A stretch of 33,456 nucleotides of DNA from a virus (lineage: Duplodnaviria; Heunggongvirae; Uroviricota; Caudoviricetes): IMG/VR virus record IMGVR_UViG_3300006167_000001, one strand, 5' to 3'. This document shows, one piece after another, positions 8,791 through 19,000 of the stretch. A model generated the notes under the pieces. It searched no databases and was not told where the DNA came from. It saw nothing but the letters and a program-made list of their open reading frames with translations. Both the position numbers and the translations under genes were made by a program. The first letter of the stretch is position 1; the number at the start of each line of letters is the position of its first letter.

Positions 8791-9105
8791 ATGGCGAAGT
8801 GGTATGGAAAGATCGGCTTCCTCGCTGAACACGGCGATGACCAGGATACCTGTATACCGGAATATATAGAGCGTCCGTACTATGGCGATTTGCTGCGCAA
8901 TACCCGCAGGCTCCAGGAGGCCGGCAAGGTCAACGATGATATAAGCGTCTCCAATGAGCTCAGCATCGTCGCGGACCCGTTCGCCACACAGAATTTTCAC
9001 CGTATGCGATACGCGGAGTTCATGGGCGTCAAATGGAAAATCACCAGCGTGGACGTACAGTACCCGCGGCTTATTCTGACGATGGGGGACCTTTATCATG
9101 CCTGA
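8791..9105 (+). CDS. Head-tail adaptor / head closure protein
   Basis: RBS GGAGGTG, immediately after capsid. Beta-rich (ISVSNELSIVADP...YAEFMGVKWKITSVDVQYPRLIL). Confidence 0.65.
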   Translation: MAKWYGKIGFLAEHGDDQDTCIPEYIERPYYGDLLRNTRRLQEAGKVNDDISVSNELSIVADPFATQNFHRMRYAEFMGVKWKITSVDVQYPRLILTMGDLYHA

Positions 9106-9406
9106 TCGAAGAGAGGAGCTGCGGGATACGCTGCGCGGCATACTCGGCACAAAAAACACATATTTCCAGCCCCCGGAAAATGTAAAAATGCAATACCCCG
9201 CCATCGTGTATGAGCTGAGCGACATCAAGAGCTTATACGCGAATGGCGGGGTTTATTTGTTTGGACGGAAGTATACCCTGACGCTTGTCGACAAGAACCC
9301 CGACAGTCCATTTGTGGACAAGTTGATTTTGCTGCCAACATGCCGCTTTGTCCGGCACTATAGAGCGGACAATCTGAACCACTGGGTATTTACCCTACAT
9401 TATTAA
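9098..9406 (+). CDS. Tail completion / terminator protein
   Basis: Overlaps the adaptor. YFQPP...YPAIVY motif typical of tail terminators; precedes the major tail gene. Confidence 0.6.
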   Translation: MPDRREELRDTLRGILGTKNTYFQPPENVKMQYPAIVYELSDIKSLYANGGVYLFGRKYTLTLVDKNPDSPFVDKLILLPTCRFVRHYRADNLNHWVFTLHY

Positions 9407-9421
9407 ATAAGGAGGATGTCT

Positions 9422-9739
9422 ATGAAAGCAATGCTGTCCCAGCCCATGGCCGGGAAGACTGATGAGGAAATCATTGCAACCAGAGAAAAAGCTATCGCCG
9501 CCCTCACTGAGAAAGGGTATGAGGTCGTCAATACTCTTTTCACGGATGAGTGGTACAGCAGAGAGAGCATGGAGGCCCGCGGGGTGGTTCAGATTCCGCT
9601 GTGTTTCCTGGCCAAGTCCCTTGAAAACATGGCAAACTGCCATGCCGCTTACTTCTGTAAGGGGTGGGAGCAGGCGAGAGGCTGTCGTATCGAGCACGCT
9701 GCGGCCGAAGCATATGGGCTGGACATTATTTACGAATAA
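9422..9739 (+). CDS. DUF4406-like / nucleoside 2-deoxyribosyltransferase-fold protein
   Basis: ATG 9422 fits RBS AAGGAGG (9409-9415). Pattern LSQPMAG...GYEVVN...CHAAYFCKGWEQARGCRIEHAAAEAYGLDIIYE is characteristic of this Rossmann-like family. Confidence 0.7.
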   Translation: MKAMLSQPMAGKTDEEIIATREKAIAALTEKGYEVVNTLFTDEWYSRESMEARGVVQIPLCFLAKSLENMANCHAAYFCKGWEQARGCRIEHAAAEAYGLDIIYE

Positions 9740-9754
9740 AGGAGGATCACAGCA

Positions 9755-10432
9755 ATGAGATGCAAATGGGATGAGATCGGCGAGCGATATTACGAGGCTG
9801 GAGCGGACAGGGGTGTTGTCTATCCGATTCAGTCTGACGGCCTGTATACCAAGGGCGCGCCCTGGAATGGACTGATCGGCGTAAACGAGAGTCCCAGCGG
9901 GGCGGAAGCGAAGGCGCTGTGGGCCAATAACCACAAGTACCTGACGCTCATCAGCGCCGAGGAGTATGGCGGCACCATCAAGGCCTACACCTATCCTGAC
10001 GAGTTCGCCGAGTGCGATGGCACTGCACAGCCGGTGAAGGGCGTGAAACTGGGTCAGCAGAAGCGAAAGATGTTTGGGTTCTGCTACCGTACCCTTCTGG
10101 GCAACGATACTGAGAAAGAGAAGCACGGTTATGTTCTCCATCTGGTCTACGGGGCTCAGGCCTCCCCGTCGGACAAGGAGCACAATACGCTGGATGACGA
10201 TCCGGACGCTATCGAGATGTCCTGGGAGTTCAGCACCACGCCGGTGAATGTGACCGGGTTTGACCCTGTCGCCTCTATGGAGATCGACTCCACTACCGTG
10301 GACGCTGAGAAGCTGGCCGCGTTGGAGGATATTCTGTACGGCAAGGACCCGAATGCTGAGGATGCTGCCGATGGCACCGAGCCGCGCCTGCCGCTGCCCG
10401 ACGAGGTCATCGAGCTGCTCAAAGCGGCCTGA
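9755..10432 (+). CDS. Major tail protein
   Basis: 225 aa with RBS AAAGGAGG. KWDEIGERYYEAGADRGV...PWNGLIGVNESPSGAE...FGFCYRT...LHLVYGAQASPS...MSWEFSTTPV. Confidence 0.85.
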   Translation: MRCKWDEIGERYYEAGADRGVVYPIQSDGLYTKGAPWNGLIGVNESPSGAEAKALWANNHKYLTLISAEEYGGTIKAYTYPDEFAECDGTAQPVKGVKLGQQKRKMFGFCYRTLLGNDTEKEKHGYVLHLVYGAQASPSDKEHNTLDDDPDAIEMSWEFSTTPVNVTGFDPVASMEIDSTTVDAEKLAALEDILYGKDPNAEDAADGTEPRLPLPDEVIELLKAA

Positions 10433-10442
10433 CCGCCTTCGG

Positions 10443-10477
10443 GGGCCGTATTCAGGTAAGCTGGCGGCCCTCTTTTT
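10443..10477 (+). terminator. Intrinsic terminator-like bulged hairpin after the major tail gene
   Basis: GGGCCG(10443-48)/CGGCCC(10465-70), with inner TCAG/CTGG around a GTAAG loop, followed by TCTTTTT. Confidence 0.6.
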
Positions 10478-10499
10478 GTATTTGAAAGGAGAAAAAGTC

Positions 10500-10919
10500 A
10501 TGCTGAAAGAAACGAGAACCTATAAGGACTTTGATGGTAAGGAGCGGACGGAGGACTTTTACTTCAACCTCTCCAAAGCCGAGCTTATGGAGCTGGAGGC
10601 CAGCGTTGACGGCGGTTGGCTGAACTCCATGAAGCGCATTATCTCAGCGCAGAACAACCCCGCTATCATGCGGGAATTCAAAAATATGATTCTCAGCAGC
10701 TACGGTGAGAAGAGCCCGGACGGGAAGCGGTTTATCAAGAGTCCGGAGCTTTCCAAGGCTTTCTCGGAGACGGAGGCCTATTCGGATATGTTTGTGGAGT
10801 TTTTCCAGCATCCGGATCGTGCCGCTAAGTTCTTTGCCGGCATTCTCCCTGCGGAGCTTAAGGCTGAGTTCGCAGACGCTATCGCTGCTGATGGAGCGGC
10901 GCTTCCGGCGCAGAGCTGA
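10500..10919 (+). CDS. Tail assembly chaperone
   Basis: ATG 10500 (RBS GAAAGGAG). Follows the major tail gene; acidic and helical (FYFNLSKAELMELE...). Confidence 0.7.
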   Translation: MLKETRTYKDFDGKERTEDFYFNLSKAELMELEASVDGGWLNSMKRIISAQNNPAIMREFKNMILSSYGEKSPDGKRFIKSPELSKAFSETEAYSDMFVEFFQHPDRAAKFFAGILPAELKAEFADAIAADGAALPAQS

Positions 10920-10948
10920 CTGGAAGTCATAGGGGGGGGGAGAGGGAT

Positions 10949-11491
10949 TTGCTAAAGCTCATTGTCCTGGGTCAGGAACATTGGGATGAAAAAAAGCAGG
11001 AATTTGTCTACAACAAGGAGGTGTCGCTGCAACTGGAGCACTCCCTGGTTTCCCTTTCAAAATGGGAGGCCAAATGGAAGAAGCCTTATCTCAGCAGAGA
11101 GCCGCTGTCCTATGAGGAAACCGTAGACTATATTCGCTGCATGACACTTACCCAGAATGTAGACCAGGATGTCTACCTCCGCCTTACCTCCGCCAACATC
11201 GCGGAGGTAAACCGCTATATAAGGGACCCCATGAGCGCTGCTCGAACACGTAAATCCAAATCGCCTGATGGGCACAGGCCCGTTATGACATCGGAGACGA
11301 TCTATGCTGATATGGTCGCGCTGGGCATTCCGTTTGAGTGTCAAAAATGGCATCTTAATCGCCTTATTGCGCTTATCAGGGAGTGTGATCGACGGAACAG
11401 GCCGCCCAAAAAGCTGAGTAAAGAAGAAATCATGAAGCGAAATATCGCTTTGAATATGGATCGCCGTAAACGGCTGAACACCAGCGGATAA
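10949..11491 (+). CDS. Second tail assembly chaperone (gpT-like position)
   Basis: TTG start after a G9 run, in the -1 frame relative to 10500. Motifs LEHSLVSLSKWEAKWKKP and FECQKWHLNRLIALIR. Confidence 0.6.
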   Translation: MLKLIVLGQEHWDEKKQEFVYNKEVSLQLEHSLVSLSKWEAKWKKPYLSREPLSYEETVDYIRCMTLTQNVDQDVYLRLTSANIAEVNRYIRDPMSAARTRKSKSPDGHRPVMTSETIYADMVALGIPFECQKWHLNRLIALIRECDRRNRPPKKLSKEEIMKRNIALNMDRRKRLNTSG

Positions 11492-11504
11492 GGGAAGGTG
11501 AGTT

Positions 11505-11714
11505 ATGGATAATTCGATTATCAAGAGGCTGGGAAACCTGCTCAGTGTTAAGAGCCTGGTTACTCTGACGCTTACCGTGGTATTCGCGGTCATGGCCCTG
11601 CGGGGGACTATCTCCCAGGACTTTATGACCGTTTATGCCGTGGTCATTGCGTTCTATTTTGGTACCCAGTCGCAGAAGGTGCAGAACGCATTGGAGGGCA
11701 GCGGCAATGGATAG
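11505..11714 (+). CDS. Putative holin (69 aa, two TM segments)
   Basis: RBS AAGGTGAG. Hydrophobic segments SLVTLTLTVVFAVMAL and FMTVYAVVIAFYFG. Overlaps the endolysin start. Confidence 0.7.
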   Translation: MDNSIIKRLGNLLSVKSLVTLTLTVVFAVMALRGTISQDFMTVYAVVIAFYFGTQSQKVQNALEGSGNG

Positions 11715-12393
11715 AGACGTACTGACCATCGCACGGGGAGAGCTGGGCAACACCGAGAACCCCGCAGGGAGCAACCGGACGAAATATGGGGCATGGATGA
11801 AGCTGGACGGACAGCCATGGTGTATGTCCTTTGTCCAGTGGTGTTTTGCGCAGGCCGGGCATCCGCTGCCATTCCGGACTGGCTCCTGCTCTGCCCTGCT
11901 GAACTGGTACAACGCAAACCATCCGGAGTGCGTTGTCACCACCCCCCAGCCCGGTGACGTTATCATCTACAATTTCGGCCACACCGGAATCGTGGAGAGC
12001 GTGCCCGGTGGTAAGATTACCGCTGTTGAGGGGAATACATCCCCTGGTGACAGCGGCAGTCAGGATAACGGAGGCGGCGTGTTCCGGAGGACCAGAAGCA
12101 TGAGCCTCGTCAGGGCGTACATCAGACCGATCAAGAAGGAGGACGACATGGATCAGGAAAAGTTTAACCAGATGTTCAAGACCGCCATGGAGGCGTACCG
12201 GAAGGATCTGAGGGACAACGACAGCGGCCAGTGGAGCAGGGAGGCCAGGGAGTACGCGATTTCTTCCGGTCTGTTCGCCGGCAGCGGCACCACACCGGAC
12301 GGCCAGCCCAACTACATGTGGGAGGATCTGCTGAACAGGGAGCAGGTAGCCCAGCTATTCTACCGCTTCGCCCAGAGAAATGGTCTGGTGTGA
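11707..12393 (+). CDS. Endolysin: CHAP domain plus C-terminal SLH-like domain
   Basis: Start at ATG 11707 (RBS GGAGGG). CHAP Cys in QPWCMSFVQW, His in GHTGIVE, and VEGNT. C-terminal WSREAREYAISSGLFAG...LNREQVAQLFYRF. Confidence 0.85.
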   Translation: MDRDVLTIARGELGNTENPAGSNRTKYGAWMKLDGQPWCMSFVQWCFAQAGHPLPFRTGSCSALLNWYNANHPECVVTTPQPGDVIIYNFGHTGIVESVPGGKITAVEGNTSPGDSGSQDNGGGVFRRTRSMSLVRAYIRPIKKEDDMDQEKFNQMFKTAMEAYRKDLRDNDSGQWSREAREYAISSGLFAGSGTTPDGQPNYMWEDLLNREQVAQLFYRFAQRNGLV

Positions 12394-12668
12394 TGGAATT
12401 TTCTAAGCGTCTGATCTCTGATATCAGAGCACTGCTGTGGGTAGTGACGGTTGGCGGGCTACTGCTGGCCGCCTACTGCATCCGTGCAGATTATTTGGGA
12501 GCTCTTCCGTGGCTGTCCGCTATGGTTGGGCTCCCCTGGACTGCTCATGGGACTGTCTGTGCATTTTATCTTAACATGGCCAAGTCGGACCATAAGGAGG
12601 GCGGCATCACTTTTGAGACGGCAAAAGCTGCCGGATTTCAGGAGAGTGTAAATAGTCCCAGCATCTAA
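12393..12668 (+). CDS. Membrane protein of the lysis cassette (second holin or antiholin-like)
   Basis: ATG overlaps the lysin stop (TGATG). Two hydrophobic segments; 91 aa. Confidence 0.55.
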   Translation: MEFSKRLISDIRALLWVVTVGGLLLAAYCIRADYLGALPWLSAMVGLPWTAHGTVCAFYLNMAKSDHKEGGITFETAKAAGFQESVNSPSI

Positions 12669-12681
12669 GGGAGGTGACTGA

Positions 12682-13059
12682 ATGGTCACTTTCAGGCATA
12701 AGGGCGACTTCTCCAAGCTGACCAGCTTTCTGGTGGACGTGAAGGAGACGGTCCGTCATGTGGATTTAGATAAATATGGGCGCGAAGGGGTAGCGGCCCT
12801 TGCATCCGCGACGCCAAAGGACACGGGTCTGACCGCGTCGTCATGGTCCTATAAGATTGAACAGAAGAACGGTTCTGTGACAATCGCGTTTTACAATTCC
12901 AATATTCAAAATGGGGTTCCTATCGCCATTATCCTGCAATACGGACATGGAACCCGCGGCGGAGGCTGGGTCCAGGGAAGAGACTACATCAACCCTGCGA
13001 TCCAGCCTATTTTTGACAAAATTGCGGAAAACGCGTGGAGGGAGGTTACTAAGCTGTGA
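12682..13059 (+). CDS. HK97 gp10-like neck/tail component
   Basis: RBS GGGAGGTG. ALASATPKDTGLTASSW...LQYGHGTRGGGWVQGRDYINPAI matches the gp10-like pattern (aPvdTG.L..S...EyG...a.pfl.Pa). Confidence 0.7.
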   Translation: MVTFRHKGDFSKLTSFLVDVKETVRHVDLDKYGREGVAALASATPKDTGLTASSWSYKIEQKNGSVTIAFYNSNIQNGVPIAIILQYGHGTRGGGWVQGRDYINPAIQPIFDKIAENAWREVTKL

Positions 13060-16000
13060 GCACCAAGACAGTGGAGGAGCGGGTCCTGGCGATGCGCTTC
13101 GATAATGCTCAATTTGAGCGTGGCATTTGTAAGACCATGTCCTCTGTTAAAAATTTCAAGCGTGAGCTTGACATGGACGGAGCGGCCAGAGGCTTTGGCG
13201 CACTGGATCGGGCAGTGGATGCGGTCCGGGTTCGTTTTTCCGCACTGGAAGTCATGGGTGTCACAGCCCTTGCCAATATCACCAATTCTGCTGTCAATGC
13301 GGGAAAACGGGTTGTCAAGGCGCTGACGCTTGATCCGGTTAAGAGCGGTTTCGACGAGTATGAGACACAGATCAATGCTGTGCAGACCATTCTCGCCAAT
13401 ACATCCGGCAAGGGAACAACTCTGGAACAAGTCAATGCGGCACTGGACGAATTGAACCGTTATGCCGACATGACGATTTACAATTTTACGGAGATGACCC
13501 GTAATATTGGAACGTTCACGGCGGCCGGCGTGGATCTGGAGACTTCCGTCGGGGCGATCAAGGGTATCGCCAACCTGGCGGCAGTCTCGGGCTCCACATC
13601 GCAGCAGGCGTCCACCGCTATGTACCAGTTGTCTCAGGCTCTGGCGGCTGGCACAGTAAAATTACAGGACTGGAACTCAGTGGTCAACGCCGGTATGGGC
13701 GGCCAGGTGTTTCAGGATGCGCTGAAGGACACTGCCCGAGTTCACGGTATTGCTATTGACCAGATGATTGCCGACCAGGGGAGTTTCCGAGAGACCCTGC
13801 AAAAGGGATGGCTGTCCTCCGATATCCTGACGGAGACCCTGAAAAAGTTTACCGGGGATCTGACAAAGGCTCAGCTCCTTGAGATGGGTTATACTGAGGC
13901 ACAGACTGCGGCTATTCTGGAGATGGGAAAAACAGCCAGCGACGCAGCCACTAAGGTCAAGACCTTTACTCAGCTGATCGACACAACCAAGGAGGCCGTA
14001 CAATCCGGCTGGACCGAGAGCTGGGAAACGATCATCGGCGACTTCGAGGAGGCGAAGGGTCTGTGGACCAGGATCAGCGACGTCCTCAGCGAAATGATTA
14101 ACGCTTCCTCCAGCGCCCGCAATGAACTGTTGTCCGGCGGATTGGACTCCGGCTGGTCACAGTTCTTGAACGAGGGCATCACCGATGCGGTTGCCTTTAA
14201 GGAGAGTATCATGGAGGCGGCCCTGGCCCACGGCGTCGCCGTTGGTGATCTGGCGTCGAACACCGATAGCTTTGAGGACAGTTTGAAACAGGGCTGGCTC
14301 ACAGCAGACATTCTGTCGGAGTCCCTGGAAAGTCTCACACAGAAGACACGAGGCCTCAGCAGCGAAGAGCTGAAAAGCCTTGGTCTGAACACCGAGCAGG
14401 CAGAAGCGCTTGATAGATTAAATCAATCTGTCAAGGATGGAACCGTTAATATTGAGGACTACGCCAAGCAGATTGGGCGGCTCTCTGGCAGAGAAAATCT
14501 GATCGCCGCTTTCTGGAATACATGGGACGCCCTCTTCGCGGTCCCGAAAGAGGCTGGAGATCTTGCCGGCTTCTTTTCCACCGTTCAGACAGCTTATCGC
14601 GAAATCTTTCCGGCTACTACATCTGAGCAGCTCTATCAGTTTACCGAGAACCTGAAAAATCTAACCGAAAAATTCAAAATGAGCGAAGAGACCGCCAAAA
14701 ATGTGAGAAACACGTTCAAAGGGTTCTTCGCGCTATTGGATATAGGAAAGCAGGGGCTCTCGGCGATGGTGCGCGTAGTCTCACCGCTGTTTGGCGGACT
14801 TGGAAAGCTCAGCGGCGGCATCTTGGGCGTTACAGGCAGCTTTGGGGAGTGGCTGGTTGATCTGGACCAGGCTGTGCAAAAAGGAAGTACATTCAACTCT
14901 GCTGTCGAACGTACTTCCGAATATGTTTCAGCTGCGACAGAGGCCGTGGAAGATTTTATAAGCGGAATCCGTGAAAAGTTCTCTGCCCCAGGCTTTGAGC
15001 TGTTTCACACAATTCTTGAGCGAGTTCATGCGAGATTGTCCCAGATCGGGGCGGAAGCAGGTGATATGGAGTCCGGTTTTACATCTGCTTGTAATGTTAT
15101 GGGTTCTGCTCTGGAAAACAGTAATTTCTTCAAGCTGCTGAACTCTCTTTGGGAGTTCACGAAAACGATTGGCGGCGGCGCAGCAAAAGCGTTGGGGGAT
15201 CTGACAAGCGGGCTGAGCGAAAAACTCAGCAATGCGAATTTCAGCGGCGTTCTCGATTTGCTAAACGGATTGTCTCTTGGCGGAATTGCATTTTCGGTAA
15301 GTAAATTCCTTACAAATGTGTCCGAGCCAATAGAGGGGTTTACCAATATTCTTGACGGCGTTCGGGGATCTTTGGAAGCTTTTCAGACGCAGTTGAAGGC
15401 CGGAACCTTGTTAAAAATCGCATCTGCAATGGGACTTCTCACCGTATCCATTGTCGCGCTCTCCCTGGTTGACTCCGATAAACTCAGCATTTCTATAGGC
15501 GCTATGGCAGTTATGTTTGCGGAGCTGATCGGCGCTATGGCGGTTATGAATAAGATCGGCGGGTCTATCAAAGGAACCACTCGGGCCTATACCTCCATGA
15601 TCGCTATGTCTGCCGCTATTTCCATCCTGGCTGGAGCAGCGAAAAAACTGTCCGGCATGGATTTGGGAGGGCTTGCTGTCGGCCTTGCCGGTGTTGGCGG
15701 ACTGTTGGCGGAAGTGGATGTTTTTCTGAATACGGCAAAGTTCAGTGGAAAAACAGTCGGCACCGCAACCGGCGTTCTTATCCTTTCCGGGGCGATTAAA
15801 GTCCTTGCTTCCGCGTGCGGGGATTTTGGCAGTATGGACCTGGGACAGATTGGAAAAGGTCTTGCTGGGATAGGCGGGCTGCTGGCGGAAGTGTCATTGT
15901 TCACGAATTTAGCCGGAAATACGAAACATTCCGTTGCTTCTGGCTTAGCTATGATCGAAATCGCCGCAGCGATGAAGATATTTGCTTTAGCTGTCAGTTC

Positions 16001-19000
16001 TTTTGGCGGCATGGATTTGGGACGGCTCGGCATCGGGCTTTCTGCGATAGGGGCAGCTCTTGCTGAGGTTGCCATAGCTGCAAATTTGATGCCGAAAAAT
16101 ATAGCCGGTGTTGGTGTCGGACTTATTGCCGTCGGCGGCGCATTGGAAATTATGGCCCATGTGCTGGGTACGCTGGGAGGGCTCTCCTGGGGGCAGGTTG
16201 CTGTTGGACTGACTGCTATGGGAGTAGCCCTGGCGGAATTGGCTATCAGCCTAAACCTCATGAAAGGTACATTGGGCGGTTCGGCCGCAATGGTGGTGGC
16301 TGCTGGAGCGGTAGCCATTCTCACTCCTGCGCTAAGCATGTTAGGCGCTATGAGTTGGCAGTCGCTTGCGAAAGGGCTTATTTCTATTGCAGGGGCCTTT
16401 GGAGTCATCGGTATAGCAGGGGCAGTTCTGACGCCGCTGATTCCCTCCATTCTGGCCCTCGCAGGCTCGTTTGCTCTTATTGGCGCCGGCGTTCTCGGTG
16501 TTGGAGCGGGTCTTCTGGCCGCAGGTGCTGGTCTTTCCGCATTGGCTGTTGGCCTTACGGCCTTTGCTGCTGCCGGTACAGCTGGAGCGACAGCAATCGT
16601 AGCGGCGTTGTCCGTCATCGTTGTTGGCGTTGCCGGTATGATCCCGGCTGTCATCAGTCAAATAGGCGAGGGGATCGTGGTATTCTGCGAGGTCATATCC
16701 TCGGCCGCGCCAGCTATCGCAGAGGCATTTTTAACACTCATAACAGTGGGATTGAGCGCTCTCGCTACATATACGCCGCAGATCTCTGATTCGCTGCTCA
16801 AAATATTGATTGGTGTTTTGAACAGCTTGGCCGATAATATGCCGGATTTAATTCAAGCCGGCGTAAACCTATTTTCGTCGCTCTTCCGCGGCGTTGCCGA
16901 CGCGCTGGGCGGAATGGATGTGAATACGCTCATTCTTGGGGCCGCAGGCATTGGTCTGCTCTCCGGCATGATGGTGGCGCTCGGTGCGGTGGCCGGACTT
17001 GTTCCAGGTGCTATGGCCGGTGCTGCCGGATTGGGGATGGTTGTGGCCGAGCTCGCTCTGATATTCGCCGCCATTGGCGCTTTTGCCCAAATTCCGGGCC
17101 TTAACTGGCTCATTGGCGAAGGCGGCAAATTGCTGGAGAATATCGGCGTGGCCATCGGTTCCTTCTTTGGAGGGATCGCCGGCGGCTTTATGGGCGGGGT
17201 TTCCAGCCAGTTTCCGAAAATCGGATCGGACCTGTCTGGATTTATGACCAATGCCCGTCCATTCATTGAGGGTGCGTCAAGAATCGACGCTTCCATGATG
17301 GATGGGGTAAAGGCCCTGGCGGAAGCCATCCTGCTCCTGACAGGAGCGGACATATTAAGTGGCATCGCCTCCTGGCTGACTGGAGGTTCTTCACTGGGAG
17401 ATTTCGCGGAAGAGCTTGTTCCGTTTGGCAAAGCAATGGCTGAATACTCCCAGGCAGTTTCCGGAAAAGTCAATCCGGAAGTGGTTGCAGCGTCCGCCAA
17501 CGCTGCGCGGACGCTTACCGAGTTGGCGCGTTCTCTGCCAAACACCGGCGGCCTGGTAAGCTGGATCACCGGGGATAACAATATTGCATCCTTCGGCAAA
17601 AATTTGGCGGATTTTGGCAATCAGATGGGCGTCTATTACGAGAATATCTCCAGCATAGACTCACGCAAGCTTAGCGGCGTCACAGAAACGCTTCAATCGA
17701 TTGTCAGGATCGCGCAGGACACACAGACCTTGGACACGTGGGGGCTGCGCAATTTTGGAGCGTCTCTGGCCGCGCTGGGAGACATGGGCGTCGATGGCTT
17801 TATCTCGGCTTTTGACGGGGCCGAGCTCCCCGTGAAGGAAGCGGGGAAGACGTTGGCGTCTAATCTGGAGACCGGCATTCGTCTCGTCACGCCTAATTTC
17901 CAGAAGGCAGGTCAGGATGCTGCGCAGGGATTTATCAGCGGAATCCGTGGAAAGATGGGCGCAGTATCCAATGCTGGAATGGACATGGGCCGCACCGTAG
18001 TCAGCGCGACGCGAAAGGCTCTGGACAGCCACTCTCCCTCTGTGGAGGAGTACGAGGCTGGCCAGGATGCCGGTGAAGGTCTTCGTTTGGGCATTCAGGA
18101 CAGCGGAAAGAATGTTGCAGATGCAGCTTCCACAGTTGCGGCCGGCGCGGTTGATGCTACCAAATCGGCGCTCAGCAGTATTGTGCCGGACGAATGGCTT
18201 GGCAAAACCGCCAAGGCCGTGGAAGATGTCGGCAAAACCGAGACCAAGACCGCCCAGGAGACCGCGTCCGCTGTGCAGAAATCCTCCAAGGCCAAGACGC
18301 AGGCCGCCAAGAGCGCCTATGAAGCCTTCCTGGACTACATCGAAGAGGAGCGGTACTACAACCGTCTCACCACGGAAGAGGAGCTGGCCCAGTACAAGAA
18401 AGTCCGGGATACATACGTTCTGAACGCTGAGGAACGCAAGAAGGTGAACCGGGAGGTCTATCGTCTGGAGCAGGAGCTGCGGGACGCAGCCTACCAGCAC
18501 TCCATGGACTGGATCGAGCAGGAGAAATATTACCAGCGGCTCTCCCTGGAGGAGGAGCTGGCCGCCTATGAGCGGGTCCAGGCCCGGCATAAACAGGGCA
18601 CTGAGGAGTGGAAAAAGCTGGAGCGGGAGAAGTACCGTGTTCAAAATGAGCTGGCTGAGGCTGCCTACCAACACTCCATGGACTGGATTGAGCAGGAGGA
18701 GGCCTATGACCGCCTGGGCACGGCGGCAAAACTGGCCGCCTATACCCGCGTGCAGCAGCGGTATGCCAAGGGCACCGATAAGCGGAAACAGCTGGATCGG
18801 GAGGTCTATAATCTCCAAAAGCAGCTCTGGCAGGCCCAGAAGGACTACTATGCAGACGTGGAGAAGGTTCAGTCCGACTACCACGAGAAGCGGCTCTCCC
18901 TGGAACAGGAGTACGCCGATAAGGTCAAGTCTGTCAACGAACAGCTGGAGAAGGATATTCAGGATCTGAACGACGCCTATGCCAGCGCCCTGGACAGCCG

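Noticed and set aside
10892-10919. Canonical -1 frameshift joining the tail chaperones
   Set aside because: The frames are compatible, but there is no XXXYYYZ slippery heptamer before the stop at 10917-10919.
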